Shown one piece after another: positions 10,743 through 19,532 of a stretch of 64,000 nt of DNA. A model generated the notes under the pieces. It saw nothing but the letters and a program-made list of their open reading frames with translations, searched no databases and was not told the origin of the DNA. Each line of letters starts with the position of its first letter. Position 1 is the stretch's first letter. Both the position numbers and the translations under genes were made by a program. Source of the stretch: Candidatus Liberimonas magnetica. GTDB taxonomy: Bacteria > Elusimicrobiota > Endomicrobiia > Endomicrobiales > JAFGIL01. Location of the stretch: the NCBI GenBank assembly GCA_020523885.1, contig JAJAPY010000008.1:20872-84871 (forward strand). The letters run 5' to 3'.

Positions 10743-10779
10743 AAAGGGTCTTTCAAGACCCGATAAGGAGACGAAATAA

Positions 10780-11508
10780 ATGCCTAAATTAGGCGTAAAT
10801 ATCGATCATATAGCCACGCTCAGGCAGGCAAGGAAAGAAAAAGAACCCGACCCTGTAGAAGCTGCGGTTATCTGCGAACTTGCAGGTGCAGACGGAATAA
10901 CCGTTCACTTAAGGGAAGACAGGCGGCATATCCAGGACAGGGATGTTCAACTGCTTCGGCAGACCATAAAATCAAAACTTAATTTGGAGATGTCTATAGC
11001 AAATGAAATAGTCGATATTGCACTTCAAGTAAAACCGGATGATGTCTGCCTGGTCCCTGAAAAGAGGCTGGAACTTACCACTGAAGGCGGTATAGACGTA
11101 GTCAGCCAGAAAGAAGTTTTTGAATCTGTCATAACAAAATTAAAAAATGCAGGTATAAGAGTAAGTCTTTTCGTCGACCCGGACGAGGCTCAGGTAAGTG
11201 CGGCAAAGGTCGTAGGAGCCGATGCTGTCGAGCTTCATACAGGCAGATATGCTCAAGTATTTAACTATAGGCCCAGAGATAACAGGCTGGTTATAGAGGA
11301 AATTGAAAGGCTGAAAAAAGCCGCGAAAATAGCCAGGAGTTTCGGCCTGACGCTGAATGCCGGGCACGGGCTTGATTATAAAAACGTTGGGCCTGTTGCA
11401 AGTATCCTTGAGATGAATGAATTGAATATAGGTTTCTCTATAATAGCGCGTGCGGTGTTAGTGGGACTGGACCGAGCGGTTAGAGAGATGAAAGAATTGG
11501 TAAGATAG
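10780..11508 (+). CDS. pdxJ: Pyridoxine 5'-phosphate synthase
   Basis: [16 protein letters not shown]-terminus and full-length PdxJ pattern. Confidence 0.9.
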   Translation: MPKLGVNIDHIATLRQARKEKEPDPVEAAVICELAGADGITVHLREDRRHIQDRDVQLLRQTIKSKLNLEMSIANEIVDIALQVKPDDVCLVPEKRLELTTEGGIDVVSQKEVFESVITKLKNAGIRVSLFVDPDEAQVSAAKVVGADAVELHTGRYAQVFNYRPRDNRLVIEEIERLKKAAKIARSFGLTLNAGHGLDYKNVGPVASILEMNELNIGFSIIARAVLVGLDRAVREMKELVR

Positions 11509-11512
11509 ACTT

Positions 11513-11576
11513 CAGACCTCAGACTACAGACCAAAAACAAGTTAGGCTTTTAGTCTGTTGTCTGTTGTCTGTAGTC
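11513..11576. repeat. Intergenic inverted repeat built from CAGAC-type words
   Basis: CAGACCTCAGACTACAGACC ... GTCTGTTGTCTGTTGTCTGTAGTC. Same word family at 19441-19518 and 22381-22410. Confidence 0.75.
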
Positions 11577-11585
11577 GGAGGTAAA

Positions 11586-13418
11586 ATGTGCGGGATAGTG
11601 GGGTACATAGGTTCTAAACAGGCAAGTGACGTTATAATCGACGGATTAAGTCGCCTTGAATACCGCGGGTATGATTCTGCCGGGGTTGTAGTTATTTCCG
11701 GTGACAAGATAGAGCTTAGAAGAAGCGAAGGAAAACTGGAAAAACTGCGTAAGATAGTAAATAAAATGCCTGTAAAGGGGAGCTTGGGTATCGGCCATAC
11801 CAGGTGGGCTACCCACGGTAAACCGAGTGAAGAAAATGCCCATCCTCATACTGATTGCACGGGGAAAATAGTAGTTGTTCACAACGGTATAATTGAAAAC
11901 TATGTAGAATTAAAAAAGAAATTAATAAGTGAAGGGCATAGATTCAAATCCGAAACGGACACGGAAGTTGTGGCACATATCGTAGAAAAGTATTTTAAAG
12001 GCAATTTACTTGAAGCAGTATTTAAAGCTTTAAACGAGATAAGAGGCTCTTATGCTTTAGGCATAATATCGGCAGACGACCCGGGGCATATCATAGCTGC
12101 AAGGCAGGATGCGCCGCTTATAGTGGGTTTTGGAAAGGGCGAGAATTTTATCGCATCCGATATACCGGCTCTTTTACCCTACACAAGAGACATGGCCTTT
12201 TTAGAAGAAGGAGATGTGGCGGAACTCACAAAAGACCGCGTCAGGGTATTCGGGAAGGATAGGAAGGAAATAAAAAGAAAGGTCCATAATATAACCTGGG
12301 ACGCTATCCAGGCTGAAAAAGGCGGGTATAAGCATTTCATGCTCAAAGAGATCCATGAGCAGCCGCAGGCTATCAGGGAAACATTTCTGGGCAGGCTGTA
12401 CCCGGAAGAATCACGCGTAAATTTAAAGGAAGAGATCGACCTAAGCGAAGCAGCACTCAAGAAAATTTTTAAGATTTATATTGTCGCCTGCGGAACGTCG
12501 TACCACTCAGGGCTTGTAGGGAAATTCCTTTTTGAAAAACTTGCCGGCATACCCGCAGAAGTGGATATAGCTTCGGAATTCAGGTACCGCTCACCGGTGC
12601 TCGGCAAAGATACGATGGTAATAATAATCACGCAGTCCGGAGAGACCGCAGACACGCTTGCCGCACTCAGGCTTGCAAAAGAAAATAAATGCCAGACCCT
12701 TGCCATATGTAACGTCGTGGGCTCTACTGCCAGCAGGGATGCGGATAATGTAATATATACGAGGTGCGGCCCCGAGATAGGTGTAGCTTCAACAAAGGCT
12801 TTTACCGGACAGTTGACTGTGCTGTACCTATTGGCTATTGACTGGGCCATAAAGAAAAAAATGCTCTCCAATTACGAAATAGATAGATTGATCAATGAAT
12901 TCTGGGAAATCCCTTTAAAAGCAAGTGAAGTGCTAAAGCTTGAAAAAAATATTGAGGAGCTTGCCAAAGAGTTCATGAACAAAAGGGATTTTTTGTATCT
13001 CGGCAGACATTTAAATTACCCGATTGCTCTTGAAGGAGCTTTAAAGTTAAAGGAAATATCCTATATTCACGCCGAGGGCTACCCCGCAGGCGAAATGAAA
13101 CACGGGCCCATAGCCTTGATAGATGAGAACATGCCTTTATTGGTAGTTGCCACGCAAAGCAGTATTTATGAAAAGATATTGAGCAATATAGAAGAAGCAA
13201 AGGCCAGGGGCGGTATTGTGATAGCGTTGGCAACAAAAGGGAACAACGATATAAAAAACAGGACTGACCGGCAAATATTCCTGCCTGAAGTCGATGAAGT
13301 TTTTTCGCCTCTCCTGAACGTTATCCCGATGCAGTTATTTGCTTATTATGTAGCTGTATATTTGGGATGCGATGTCGACCAGCCTAGGAACCTGGCAAAG
13401 TCAGTAACTGTGGAGTAA
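11586..13418 (+). CDS. glmS: Glutamine--fructose-6-phosphate aminotransferase
   Basis: MCGIVGY N-terminal nucleophile and two SIS domains. ATG at 11586. Confidence 0.95.
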   Translation: MCGIVGYIGSKQASDVIIDGLSRLEYRGYDSAGVVVISGDKIELRRSEGKLEKLRKIVNKMPVKGSLGIGHTRWATHGKPSEENAHPHTDCTGKIVVVHNGIIENYVELKKKLISEGHRFKSETDTEVVAHIVEKYFKGNLLEAVFKALNEIRGSYALGIISADDPGHIIAARQDAPLIVGFGKGENFIASDIPALLPYTRDMAFLEEGDVAELTKDRVRVFGKDRKEIKRKVHNITWDAIQAEKGGYKHFMLKEIHEQPQAIRETFLGRLYPEESRVNLKEEIDLSEAALKKIFKIYIVACGTSYHSGLVGKFLFEKLAGIPAEVDIASEFRYRSPVLGKDTMVIIITQSGETADTLAALRLAKENKCQTLAICNVVGSTASRDADNVIYTRCGPEIGVASTKAFTGQLTVLYLLAIDWAIKKKMLSNYEIDRLINEFWEIPLKASEVLKLEKNIEELAKEFMNKRDFLYLGRHLNYPIALEGALKLKEISYIHAEGYPAGEMKHGPIALIDENMPLLVVATQSSIYEKILSNIEEAKARGGIVIALATKGNNDIKNRTDRQIFLPEVDEVFSPLLNVIPMQLFAYYVAVYLGCDVDQPRNLAKSVTVE

Positions 13419-13420
13419 AG

Positions 13421-13584
13421 GAGTTTGCCCAACTGGTTCTTGTTTCGGCTGCGGAAACTGTATTTTTGGCTGCAACTTCGAAATCTTTTCCTAACGTAGC
13501 TCTGCTACGCTTCGTCAAAGATTTCTTTGTTTCGCTCAAAAATCCTGCTTCCTCGCTGCGAAACCGGATCAGCTGGGCAAACTC
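13421..13584. repeat. ~165-nt long imperfect hairpin / MITE-like element
   Basis: Terminal inverted repeats GAGTTTGCCCAACTGG... / ...CAGCTGGGCAAACTC. Inner arms GAAATCTTT/AAAGATTTC and AACGTAGC/GCTACGCTT. Confidence 0.7.
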
Positions 13585-13643
13585 ATTGATATTGGCAGGA
13601 GCAATGATAATTACATCACTAAACATGATAAATAGGAAATAAA

Positions 13644-13976
13644 ATGAGAGTGGGCATAGACATAGTTGAAGTAAAACGTATAGAAAAACTTATTAAGAAC
13701 AGGAAATTCCTGAAAAAGATCTATACAAACCAGGAAATCGGTTATTGCAAGGACAAAGTCAATAAAGGGCAGCATTTTGCCGTAAGGTTCGCCGCAAAAG
13801 AAGCTGTCTGGAAGGCGTTAATGGAAAAGAGTATCACACATAAAGATATAGGCATAAAGAACCTGGCCGACGGAAGGCCTGAGGTTTTTATTAAAGGCAA
13901 AAAAAGAAGAAATATAGATATTTCGCTTTCTCATACAAAAGACCATGCGATAGCCTGTGCAATTGTTGATAAATAA
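13644..13976 (+). CDS. acpS: Holo-[acyl-carrier-protein] synthase
   Basis: MRVGIDIVEV start, 110 aa, FAAKEAVWKA motif. Confidence 0.9.
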   Translation: MRVGIDIVEVKRIEKLIKNRKFLKKIYTNQEIGYCKDKVNKGQHFAVRFAAKEAVWKALMEKSITHKDIGIKNLADGRPEVFIKGKKRRNIDISLSHTKDHAIACAIVDK

Positions 13977-13981
13977 ATCCA

Positions 13982-14890
13982 ATGTCTGAAAAAAAAATAA
14001 CTTCAAGTTTTGTAAGGTCTTTGATATTAAAAAGAAAAAGGGATTCGCATAAAGGCGATTACGGCCATGTCCTTGTAATAGCAGGGTCTCTTGGCCTGGC
14101 CGGTGCAAGTGTGCTTTCTTCTTTTGGGGCGTTACGCTCAGGTGCCGGGCTTGTGACAGTTGCTCTGCCGGAAAGCCAGCAGCCTATAGTGGCAAAAAAA
14201 CTGCGGCCTGAAATAATGACGCTTTCTTTAAGCGAGACGAAATATAAGACAATAAGTTTGAAGGCATTTGATAAGATACTTGGGTTTATTGATAGAAGAA
14301 AAATCACTTCGGTTGTCCTTGGCCCCGGGCTTGGAGTAAACGATGAGACGGCGGCTTTAGTAAAGAAGCTTTTGTCTAATATTAAACTGCCCGTGATTCT
14401 TGATGCAGACGGGATCAACTGCATCAAAAACGGTAAGCAAGCACTTAAGATACCTGTTCTTAAAAATGCGAAAGCGAATATAATCATAACACCGCACCCG
14501 GGGGAAATGTCGAGGCTGACAGGGATCCCTGTAAAAAAAATAAATAATAACAGGGCTTATATAACAAAGGCATTTGCTAAAGAAAACAAAGTTATCTGTA
14601 TCCTGAAAGGCAACAGGACCGTTGTAAGCGACGGGAACAGCTCTTATATTAACGCTACGGGAAATCCGGGTATGGCAACTGCCGGGTCAGGCGATGTTTT
14701 AAGCGGGATGATAGCTGGTTTTATCAAGCAGGTCAAAGAACCAAGGTTGTTGAATGCAGGGCTTGCTGGAGTATTTATACACGGACTTGCCGGAGATATA
14801 GTTGCAAAAGAAGAAACTGAGATAGCTTTGATAGCCGGAGATATAGTTGAAAAGATACCTGATGCAATAAAAAGAATTATAAATGGATAA
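13982..14890 (+). CDS. nnrD: ADP-dependent NAD(P)H-hydrate dehydratase (YjeF C-terminal type)
   Basis: HKGDYGHVLVIAGS and ATAGSGDVLSGMIAG motifs. Confidence 0.85.
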   Translation: MSEKKITSSFVRSLILKRKRDSHKGDYGHVLVIAGSLGLAGASVLSSFGALRSGAGLVTVALPESQQPIVAKKLRPEIMTLSLSETKYKTISLKAFDKILGFIDRRKITSVVLGPGLGVNDETAALVKKLLSNIKLPVILDADGINCIKNGKQALKIPVLKNAKANIIITPHPGEMSRLTGIPVKKINNNRAYITKAFAKENKVICILKGNRTVVSDGNSSYINATGNPGMATAGSGDVLSGMIAGFIKQVKEPRLLNAGLAGVFIHGLAGDIVAKEETEIALIAGDIVEKIPDAIKRIING

Positions 14891-16049
14891 TAAAATTAGT
14901 AAAAATTTGATCTCTATAAGAAGGCAGATACATACAAACCCGGAACTCAGTTCTTGCGAGTTTAAGACCGCGGCTTTTATAGAAAAAAAATTAAAACAGG
15001 CAGGGATAAAAACCATAAGGCTGGCTAAAACCGGTGTCATAGGAATAATAAACGGCACAGGGACGGCAAACGGCAAAAAGAGGTCTTTTGCACTGCGGGC
15101 CGATATAGATGCGCTGCCTATCAAAGAAGAAACAAATAAACCCTATGCTTCTAAAAATTCTGGAGTCATGCACGCTTGCGGGCATGACGCAAACACTACT
15201 ATCGTTCTTGGCGCAGGGTTTTTGCTTAACAGGGAACGAAGAAGTTTTAGCGGCACGGTTAAACTGATTTTTCAGCCCAGCGAAGAAGACGGCAATGGGG
15301 CTGCGGCGTTGATCAAAGCAGGAGTGCTTTTAAACCCCAGAGTAGAAGCCATCGTAGGCGTCCATGTAAACCCCTGGCTCAAAACCGGCGAGATCGGGCT
15401 TAAATATGATGAAATGATGGCTGCTGTGGATAAATTCAACATTGAGATACTCGGCAACAGCGGGCACGGGGCATATCCTCATCTCGGCAAAGATGCTGTA
15501 GTAATAGCAAGCCAGGTCATTAATTCTATCCAAACGGTAGTTTCAAGAGAAACAGACCCTACTGAGCCGATAGTTATTACAATCGGAAAAATACAGGGAG
15601 GGAACAGGTATAATGTTTTGTGCGGAAAAGTTGAACTGGAAGGCACGGTAAGGACTTTGAATGAAAAACTTCACAGGTTGGTCCCTAAGATCATAGAAAA
15701 AAAGATAAAGTATATAACAAAAGCTTATGGGGCAGGATACAAGTTCAACTATGAAGTAGTGGGCTACCCGCTTCGGAATACAAAAAAGATATTAGAGTTG
15801 TGCAAAAAAACCGGGGAGAATATATTGGGGAAAAACCGGGTAAAAATACTTAAAAAGCCGTCTATGGGCGGTGAAGATTTTTCAGAATATCTCCGCCAGG
15901 TGCCGGGATGTTTTGTGTATTTAGGTAGTTCGAAAAAAAACTCATATTCCTGGCATCACGAAAAGTTTGATATAGATGAAAATGTCCTATCAAACGGAGC
16001 AAATCTCCTGTTTGAAATAGCTAAAGAATTTTTAAATAGTGATAAATGA
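14883..16049 (+). CDS. M20D family amidohydrolase (N-acyl-amino acid amidohydrolase-like)
   Basis: RRQIHTNPELS, ALRADIDALP and HACGHD motifs. Confidence 0.8.
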   Translation: MDNKISKNLISIRRQIHTNPELSSCEFKTAAFIEKKLKQAGIKTIRLAKTGVIGIINGTGTANGKKRSFALRADIDALPIKEETNKPYASKNSGVMHACGHDANTTIVLGAGFLLNRERRSFSGTVKLIFQPSEEDGNGAAALIKAGVLLNPRVEAIVGVHVNPWLKTGEIGLKYDEMMAAVDKFNIEILGNSGHGAYPHLGKDAVVIASQVINSIQTVVSRETDPTEPIVITIGKIQGGNRYNVLCGKVELEGTVRTLNEKLHRLVPKIIEKKIKYITKAYGAGYKFNYEVVGYPLRNTKKILELCKKTGENILGKNRVKILKKPSMGGEDFSEYLRQVPGCFVYLGSSKKNSYSWHHEKFDIDENVLSNGANLLFEIAKEFLNSDK

Positions 16050-16122
16050 TAAATAAAGCCCGTAACCCGTAACCCGAAACCCGTTCTTGCAGGTTGCTGG
16101 TTACGAAATACGGGTTACGAAT
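16049..16122. repeat. Intergenic inverted repeat built from CCCGTAA words
   Basis: CCCGTAACCCGTAACCCGAAACCCG pairs with GGTTACGAAATACGGGTTACG. Confidence 0.75.
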
Positions 16123-16134
16123 TTGGAGGTAAAA

Positions 16135-16344
16135 ATGTTAGCGGTTATTTTTGGTTTATTGTTTGCAATTATGGGTATCTGGGGAATTGTCACATGGTGG
16201 TCAGATTATATAATAGTTTTAAAAGGACTTGTGCCGTTCATGCTTTTTTGCGGGGGTATTATATCGATAATAGTTGGTATAAGTGCCATCTCGGATTCCT
16301 TGAAATCAAAAGAATCTCCAGGTAGAGAAGAAAATATAGAATAA
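16135..16344 (+). CDS. Small two-TM membrane protein
   Basis: ATG at 16135 behind a GGAGG RBS. Hydrophobic 69-aa product. Confidence 0.6.
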   Translation: MLAVIFGLLFAIMGIWGIVTWWSDYIIVLKGLVPFMLFCGGIISIIVGISAISDSLKSKESPGREENIE

Positions 16345-16352
16345 CAAAAGCT

Positions 16353-17369
16353 ATGTTAAAAAAGAAGTTAAAGATAAATAAAATAGGAGAATTTGAACTT
16401 GTAGAAAGAATAAAGAAAATAATTTATCCCGCCAAAAGGGGTAACGGCAGGTTAATAATTGGTCCGGGTGACGATGCTTTTGTTTCTAAAATATCCCCGG
16501 ATTTTTTGCTGGTTGTAACAAAAGATCTTTTGATAGAAGACGTGCATTTTAAGCTTGGCTGGACAACTGCGCAAGACCTGGGTTATAAAGCAATAGCAGT
16601 GAATTTAAGCGATTTAGCAGCCATGGGTGCGGTTAGACCGTTATATGCCCTTGTGGGTATAGCACTCCCTGGGGATATCTCTGTGGATTTTGTGGAAAAG
16701 TTGTATATAGGTATGTGCAAAATTTCTGATAAATATGGTTTAAAGATAGCCGGCGGCGATACGACATCATCTAAAAAACACATTGTAATATCAATCACTT
16801 TGTTAGGTGAAGCAAAGAAAAAACACATATTGTTACGTTCAGGCGCAATGCCTGGCGACCTCATAATGGTTACAGGCACGTTTGGAGATTCTGCAGGAGG
16901 TCTTTTTTTGCTTAAAAGAGGCATTAAAAAGCCTAAAAATTATCAAAAATACCTAATAAACAAACATAGACTTCCGGAGCCAAGAATAAGCCAGGCCCAT
17001 AAAATAGCAGGATCCGGGCTTGCTACAAGCATGATAGATTCCTCTGATGGTTTAGCGGCCTGTGTTAACTTTTTATCTAAGGAGAGCAAGTCTGGGATGC
17101 GTTTAGATCTTGAAAAAGTGCCTGTTTCAAAACAATTAAATGAACTGAAAAAAGATTTCAACGAAGTTGATTTGCTTGATTATGCTTTAAAAGGCGGAGA
17201 AGATTACGAACTTGTTTTTACTGTTAATCCTAAAAATCTGAAAAAGGTAAATAAAATCCTGCCCGGTGCAAGAGAGGTCGGTGAAGTTACAAAAGATAAG
17301 GGTATAAAGTATTGTCTTTATAATAAAGAAATAAAACTGGAAATTTCAGGGTACCAGCATTTCAATTAA
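16353..17369 (+). CDS. thiL: Thiamine-monophosphate kinase
   Basis: IGPGDDAFV...DLLIEDVHF AIR-synthase-like fold motifs. Confidence 0.9.
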   Translation: MLKKKLKINKIGEFELVERIKKIIYPAKRGNGRLIIGPGDDAFVSKISPDFLLVVTKDLLIEDVHFKLGWTTAQDLGYKAIAVNLSDLAAMGAVRPLYALVGIALPGDISVDFVEKLYIGMCKISDKYGLKIAGGDTTSSKKHIVISITLLGEAKKKHILLRSGAMPGDLIMVTGTFGDSAGGLFLLKRGIKKPKNYQKYLINKHRLPEPRISQAHKIAGSGLATSMIDSSDGLAACVNFLSKESKSGMRLDLEKVPVSKQLNELKKDFNEVDLLDYALKGGEDYELVFTVNPKNLKKVNKILPGAREVGEVTKDKGIKYCLYNKEIKLEISGYQHFN

Positions 17370-17799
17370 AAGGATCAAAGACAGCTCTTTTATAAGCTCT
17401 TCTGCCAAACAGACCATAAAGGTCGGCAAAGATTTTTCAAAACTTCTGAAAACCGGTGACCTGGTCTGTTTAAGCGGAGAGCTCGGCTCAGGCAAGACGA
17501 CTTTTGCAAAGGGTATAGCCAGAGGTTTCGGGATAAAAGAGTTTGTAAGAAGCTCAAGTTTCGTTATAGTTAACGAATACAAAACAAAAAATATAAAACT
17601 TTATCATATAGACCTTTACCGTTTAACTGCGAAGAGCCTGAAGAATGTAGGGCTTGAAGAATACTTGAACACCGACGGGGTCAGTATAATCGAGTGGGCA
17701 GAAAAGATAAACTATAAGAAATTACACGGTTATTGGGATGTCAAAATAACCTGGCTTGGTGATAAAAAAAGGAAAATAGCGGCAAGTTATAACAAATGA
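17359..17799 (+). CDS. tsaE: tRNA t6A37 biosynthesis ATPase TsaE, with no canonical start codon
   Basis: Frame encodes GELGSGKTTFAKGIARG ... YHIDLYRL ... IEWAEK. No in-frame ATG/GTG/TTG lies upstream of the P-loop after the stop at 17332. Best candidate start is ATT 17359, 6 nt after AGGGT. Confidence 0.7.
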   Translation: MSIKRIKDSSFISSSAKQTIKVGKDFSKLLKTGDLVCLSGELGSGKTTFAKGIARGFGIKEFVRSSSFVIVNEYKTKNIKLYHIDLYRLTAKSLKNVGLEEYLNTDGVSIIEWAEKINYKKLHGYWDVKITWLGDKKRKIAASYNK

Positions 17800-17889
17800 T
17801 CCCAGCCCCTCCTGGAAATTTCTTAATATCAGGGGTGCCAGGGAAATAATAAAAATATTATTTTTGCTTAAATTCTTAGGAGGAGCTGG

Positions 17890-18534
17890 GTGACCATTCT
17901 TGCAATTGAAACATCAGGGAAAACGTTCAGCATAGCTGTCGCACAAAACGGAGAGTTAGCCGGCGAGGTTTTTTGGAATTCGGATTTTACCCATTCTGAG
18001 AAGCTTATCCCTGCTATCAAGTGGTTGTTAAATAACCTAAATTTAAAGATAGAACAGGTCCAAAAAATAGCTGTTTCAACAGGCCCAGGAAGTTTTACAG
18101 GGATACGGGTAGGAATGTCCTGCGCAAAGGTCCTGGCGCAAAACCTGGATGCGGAACTTGTTTGCGTTGATACATTTGACATATTGTCAAAAAGCGTGAA
18201 CGCGGACGGTTGCCTTGTAATCCCGGTCATAGATGCCTTAAGAGGCGAAGCCTTTGTCAAATTAAACAATAAGGCAGCTCTATATACAATAGAAGGCCTT
18301 GCTAAAAAAATAAACAGCATAAGCTCAAAAGTAGCACTGGCAGGAAGCGCTCTTGTAAAAAATAAAGATAGATTAAAAAAACTTATGTCTAATAAGAAAA
18401 AAGTGATCTTTTCAAATGTCTATTTTCCGAGAGCCGGTGTTCTTGCATTGATGGCAGGAAAATTAAAAAGTATAAATTATAATATGGCAAAACCGCTCTA
18501 CATAAGACAGTCTTGGGCGGAAGAAAATAAATAG
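17890..18534 (+). CDS. tsaB: tRNA t6A37 biosynthesis protein TsaB (YeaZ)
   Basis: ILAIETSGKTFSIAV and GPGSFTGIRVG motifs. GTG start. Confidence 0.85.
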   Translation: MTILAIETSGKTFSIAVAQNGELAGEVFWNSDFTHSEKLIPAIKWLLNNLNLKIEQVQKIAVSTGPGSFTGIRVGMSCAKVLAQNLDAELVCVDTFDILSKSVNADGCLVIPVIDALRGEAFVKLNNKAALYTIEGLAKKINSISSKVALAGSALVKNKDRLKKLMSNKKKVIFSNVYFPRAGVLALMAGKLKSINYNMAKPLYIRQSWAEENK

Positions 18535-18630
18535 CGGATAGCGTGCAGCGGATAGCGTATAGTTTACGGCAAAAACATAAAAGTTTATGGCTTTTCTATA
18601 CGCTAAACGCTATACGCTCTACGCTAATTC
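18535..18630. repeat. Intergenic inverted repeat built from GCGGATAGCG/CTATACGC words
   Basis: GCGGATAGCGTGCAGCGGATAGCGTATAG pairs with CTATACGCTAAACGCTATACGCTCTACGC. Confidence 0.75.
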
Positions 18631-18641
18631 GGAGGTTCAAA

Positions 18642-19433
18642 ATGGATTGGGGAATGGAAAACCGTTTAAAAGGGCTGATCAAAAGCGACGGCAGATGTTT
18701 TTTTATGCCTATTGACCACGGGTATTTCCAGGGGCCGACAAGCTGCCTGGAAAAACCGGGTGAGACTATAAAACCGCTTATGGAATATTGCGATGCTTTG
18801 TTCGTTACAAGAGGTGTCTTGCGCTCGGCTGTCCCGGGTTCCTTAACCAAACCTGTCATATTAAGAGTTTCAGGCGGGACAAGTATGGCCGGAAAAGACC
18901 TTGCAAACGAAGTTATTACTACTTCCATAGAAGAAGTAATAAGGTGCAATGCAAGTGCGGTAGGAGTATCAGTATTCGTAGGCAGTGATTATGAAAAAGA
19001 AACTCTTCTTAATCTTTCGAATATGGTTAACGAATGCGAGAAATACGGCATACCTGTCATGGCAGTAACGGCCGTGGGAAAAGAGGTTGAAAAAAGAGAG
19101 GCAAGGTATCTTGCCTTGGCCTGCCGGATAGCTGCGGAACTGGGGGCCAGGGTAGTCAAGACCTATTGGTGTGAGAAAGATTTTGAGAAGGTAGTTTGTG
19201 GATGCCCGGTTCCTGTTGTTATGGCAGGCGGCCCGAAATGCGAGACTGAAAAGCAGGTCTTTGAATTTGTCTATGACGGTCTCCAAAAAGGTTCCATAGG
19301 CATAAACCTCGGAAGGAATATATGGCAGAGCAAACATCCTGTTGCTGTGGCTAAGGCACTTGAAGCGATAGTCCACAAAAAAGCAAAAGTTAAGGATGCG
19401 GTTGAAATATTTGAAGAAACAAAAAAGAAATAA
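18642..19433 (+). CDS. DhnA/LsrF-type class I aldolase
   Basis: FMPIDHGYFQGP, VVKTYW and GINLGRNIWQ motifs. ATG at 18642 behind GGAGG. Confidence 0.75.
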   Translation: MDWGMENRLKGLIKSDGRCFFMPIDHGYFQGPTSCLEKPGETIKPLMEYCDALFVTRGVLRSAVPGSLTKPVILRVSGGTSMAGKDLANEVITTSIEEVIRCNASAVGVSVFVGSDYEKETLLNLSNMVNECEKYGIPVMAVTAVGKEVEKREARYLALACRIAAELGARVVKTYWCEKDFEKVVCGCPVPVVMAGGPKCETEKQVFEFVYDGLQKGSIGINLGRNIWQSKHPVAVAKALEAIVHKKAKVKDAVEIFEETKKK

Positions 19434-19440
19434 CAAATAA

Positions 19441-19518
19441 CAGACTGCAGACCACAGACCACAGGAAGGCACAAAAAGGTTTTGAGTCGGAAGTCCGCAG
19501 TCTGTGGTCTGAAGTCTG
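19441..19518. repeat. Intergenic inverted repeat built from CAGAC words
   Basis: CAGACTGCAGACCACAGACCACAGG ... CCGCAGTCTGTGGTCTGAAGTCTG. Confidence 0.75.
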
Positions 19519-19532
19519 ATTCTGGAGTTAAT

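Noticed and set aside
11509-11585. glmS ribozyme upstream of glmS.
   Set aside because: Only 77 nt of 5' region are available, and they are occupied by a word-repeat hairpin. That is far too short and lacks the ribozyme core.
13384-13626. 80-aa minus-strand ORF.
   Set aside because: It lies entirely within the long hairpin element between glmS and acpS, so it is a palindrome-derived ORF.
17338-17372. thiL-tsaE programmed frameshift or fusion.
   Set aside because: thiL ends at a normal position and no slippery heptamer is visible. A non-canonical ATT start or a base-call error is the simpler explanation (see findings).
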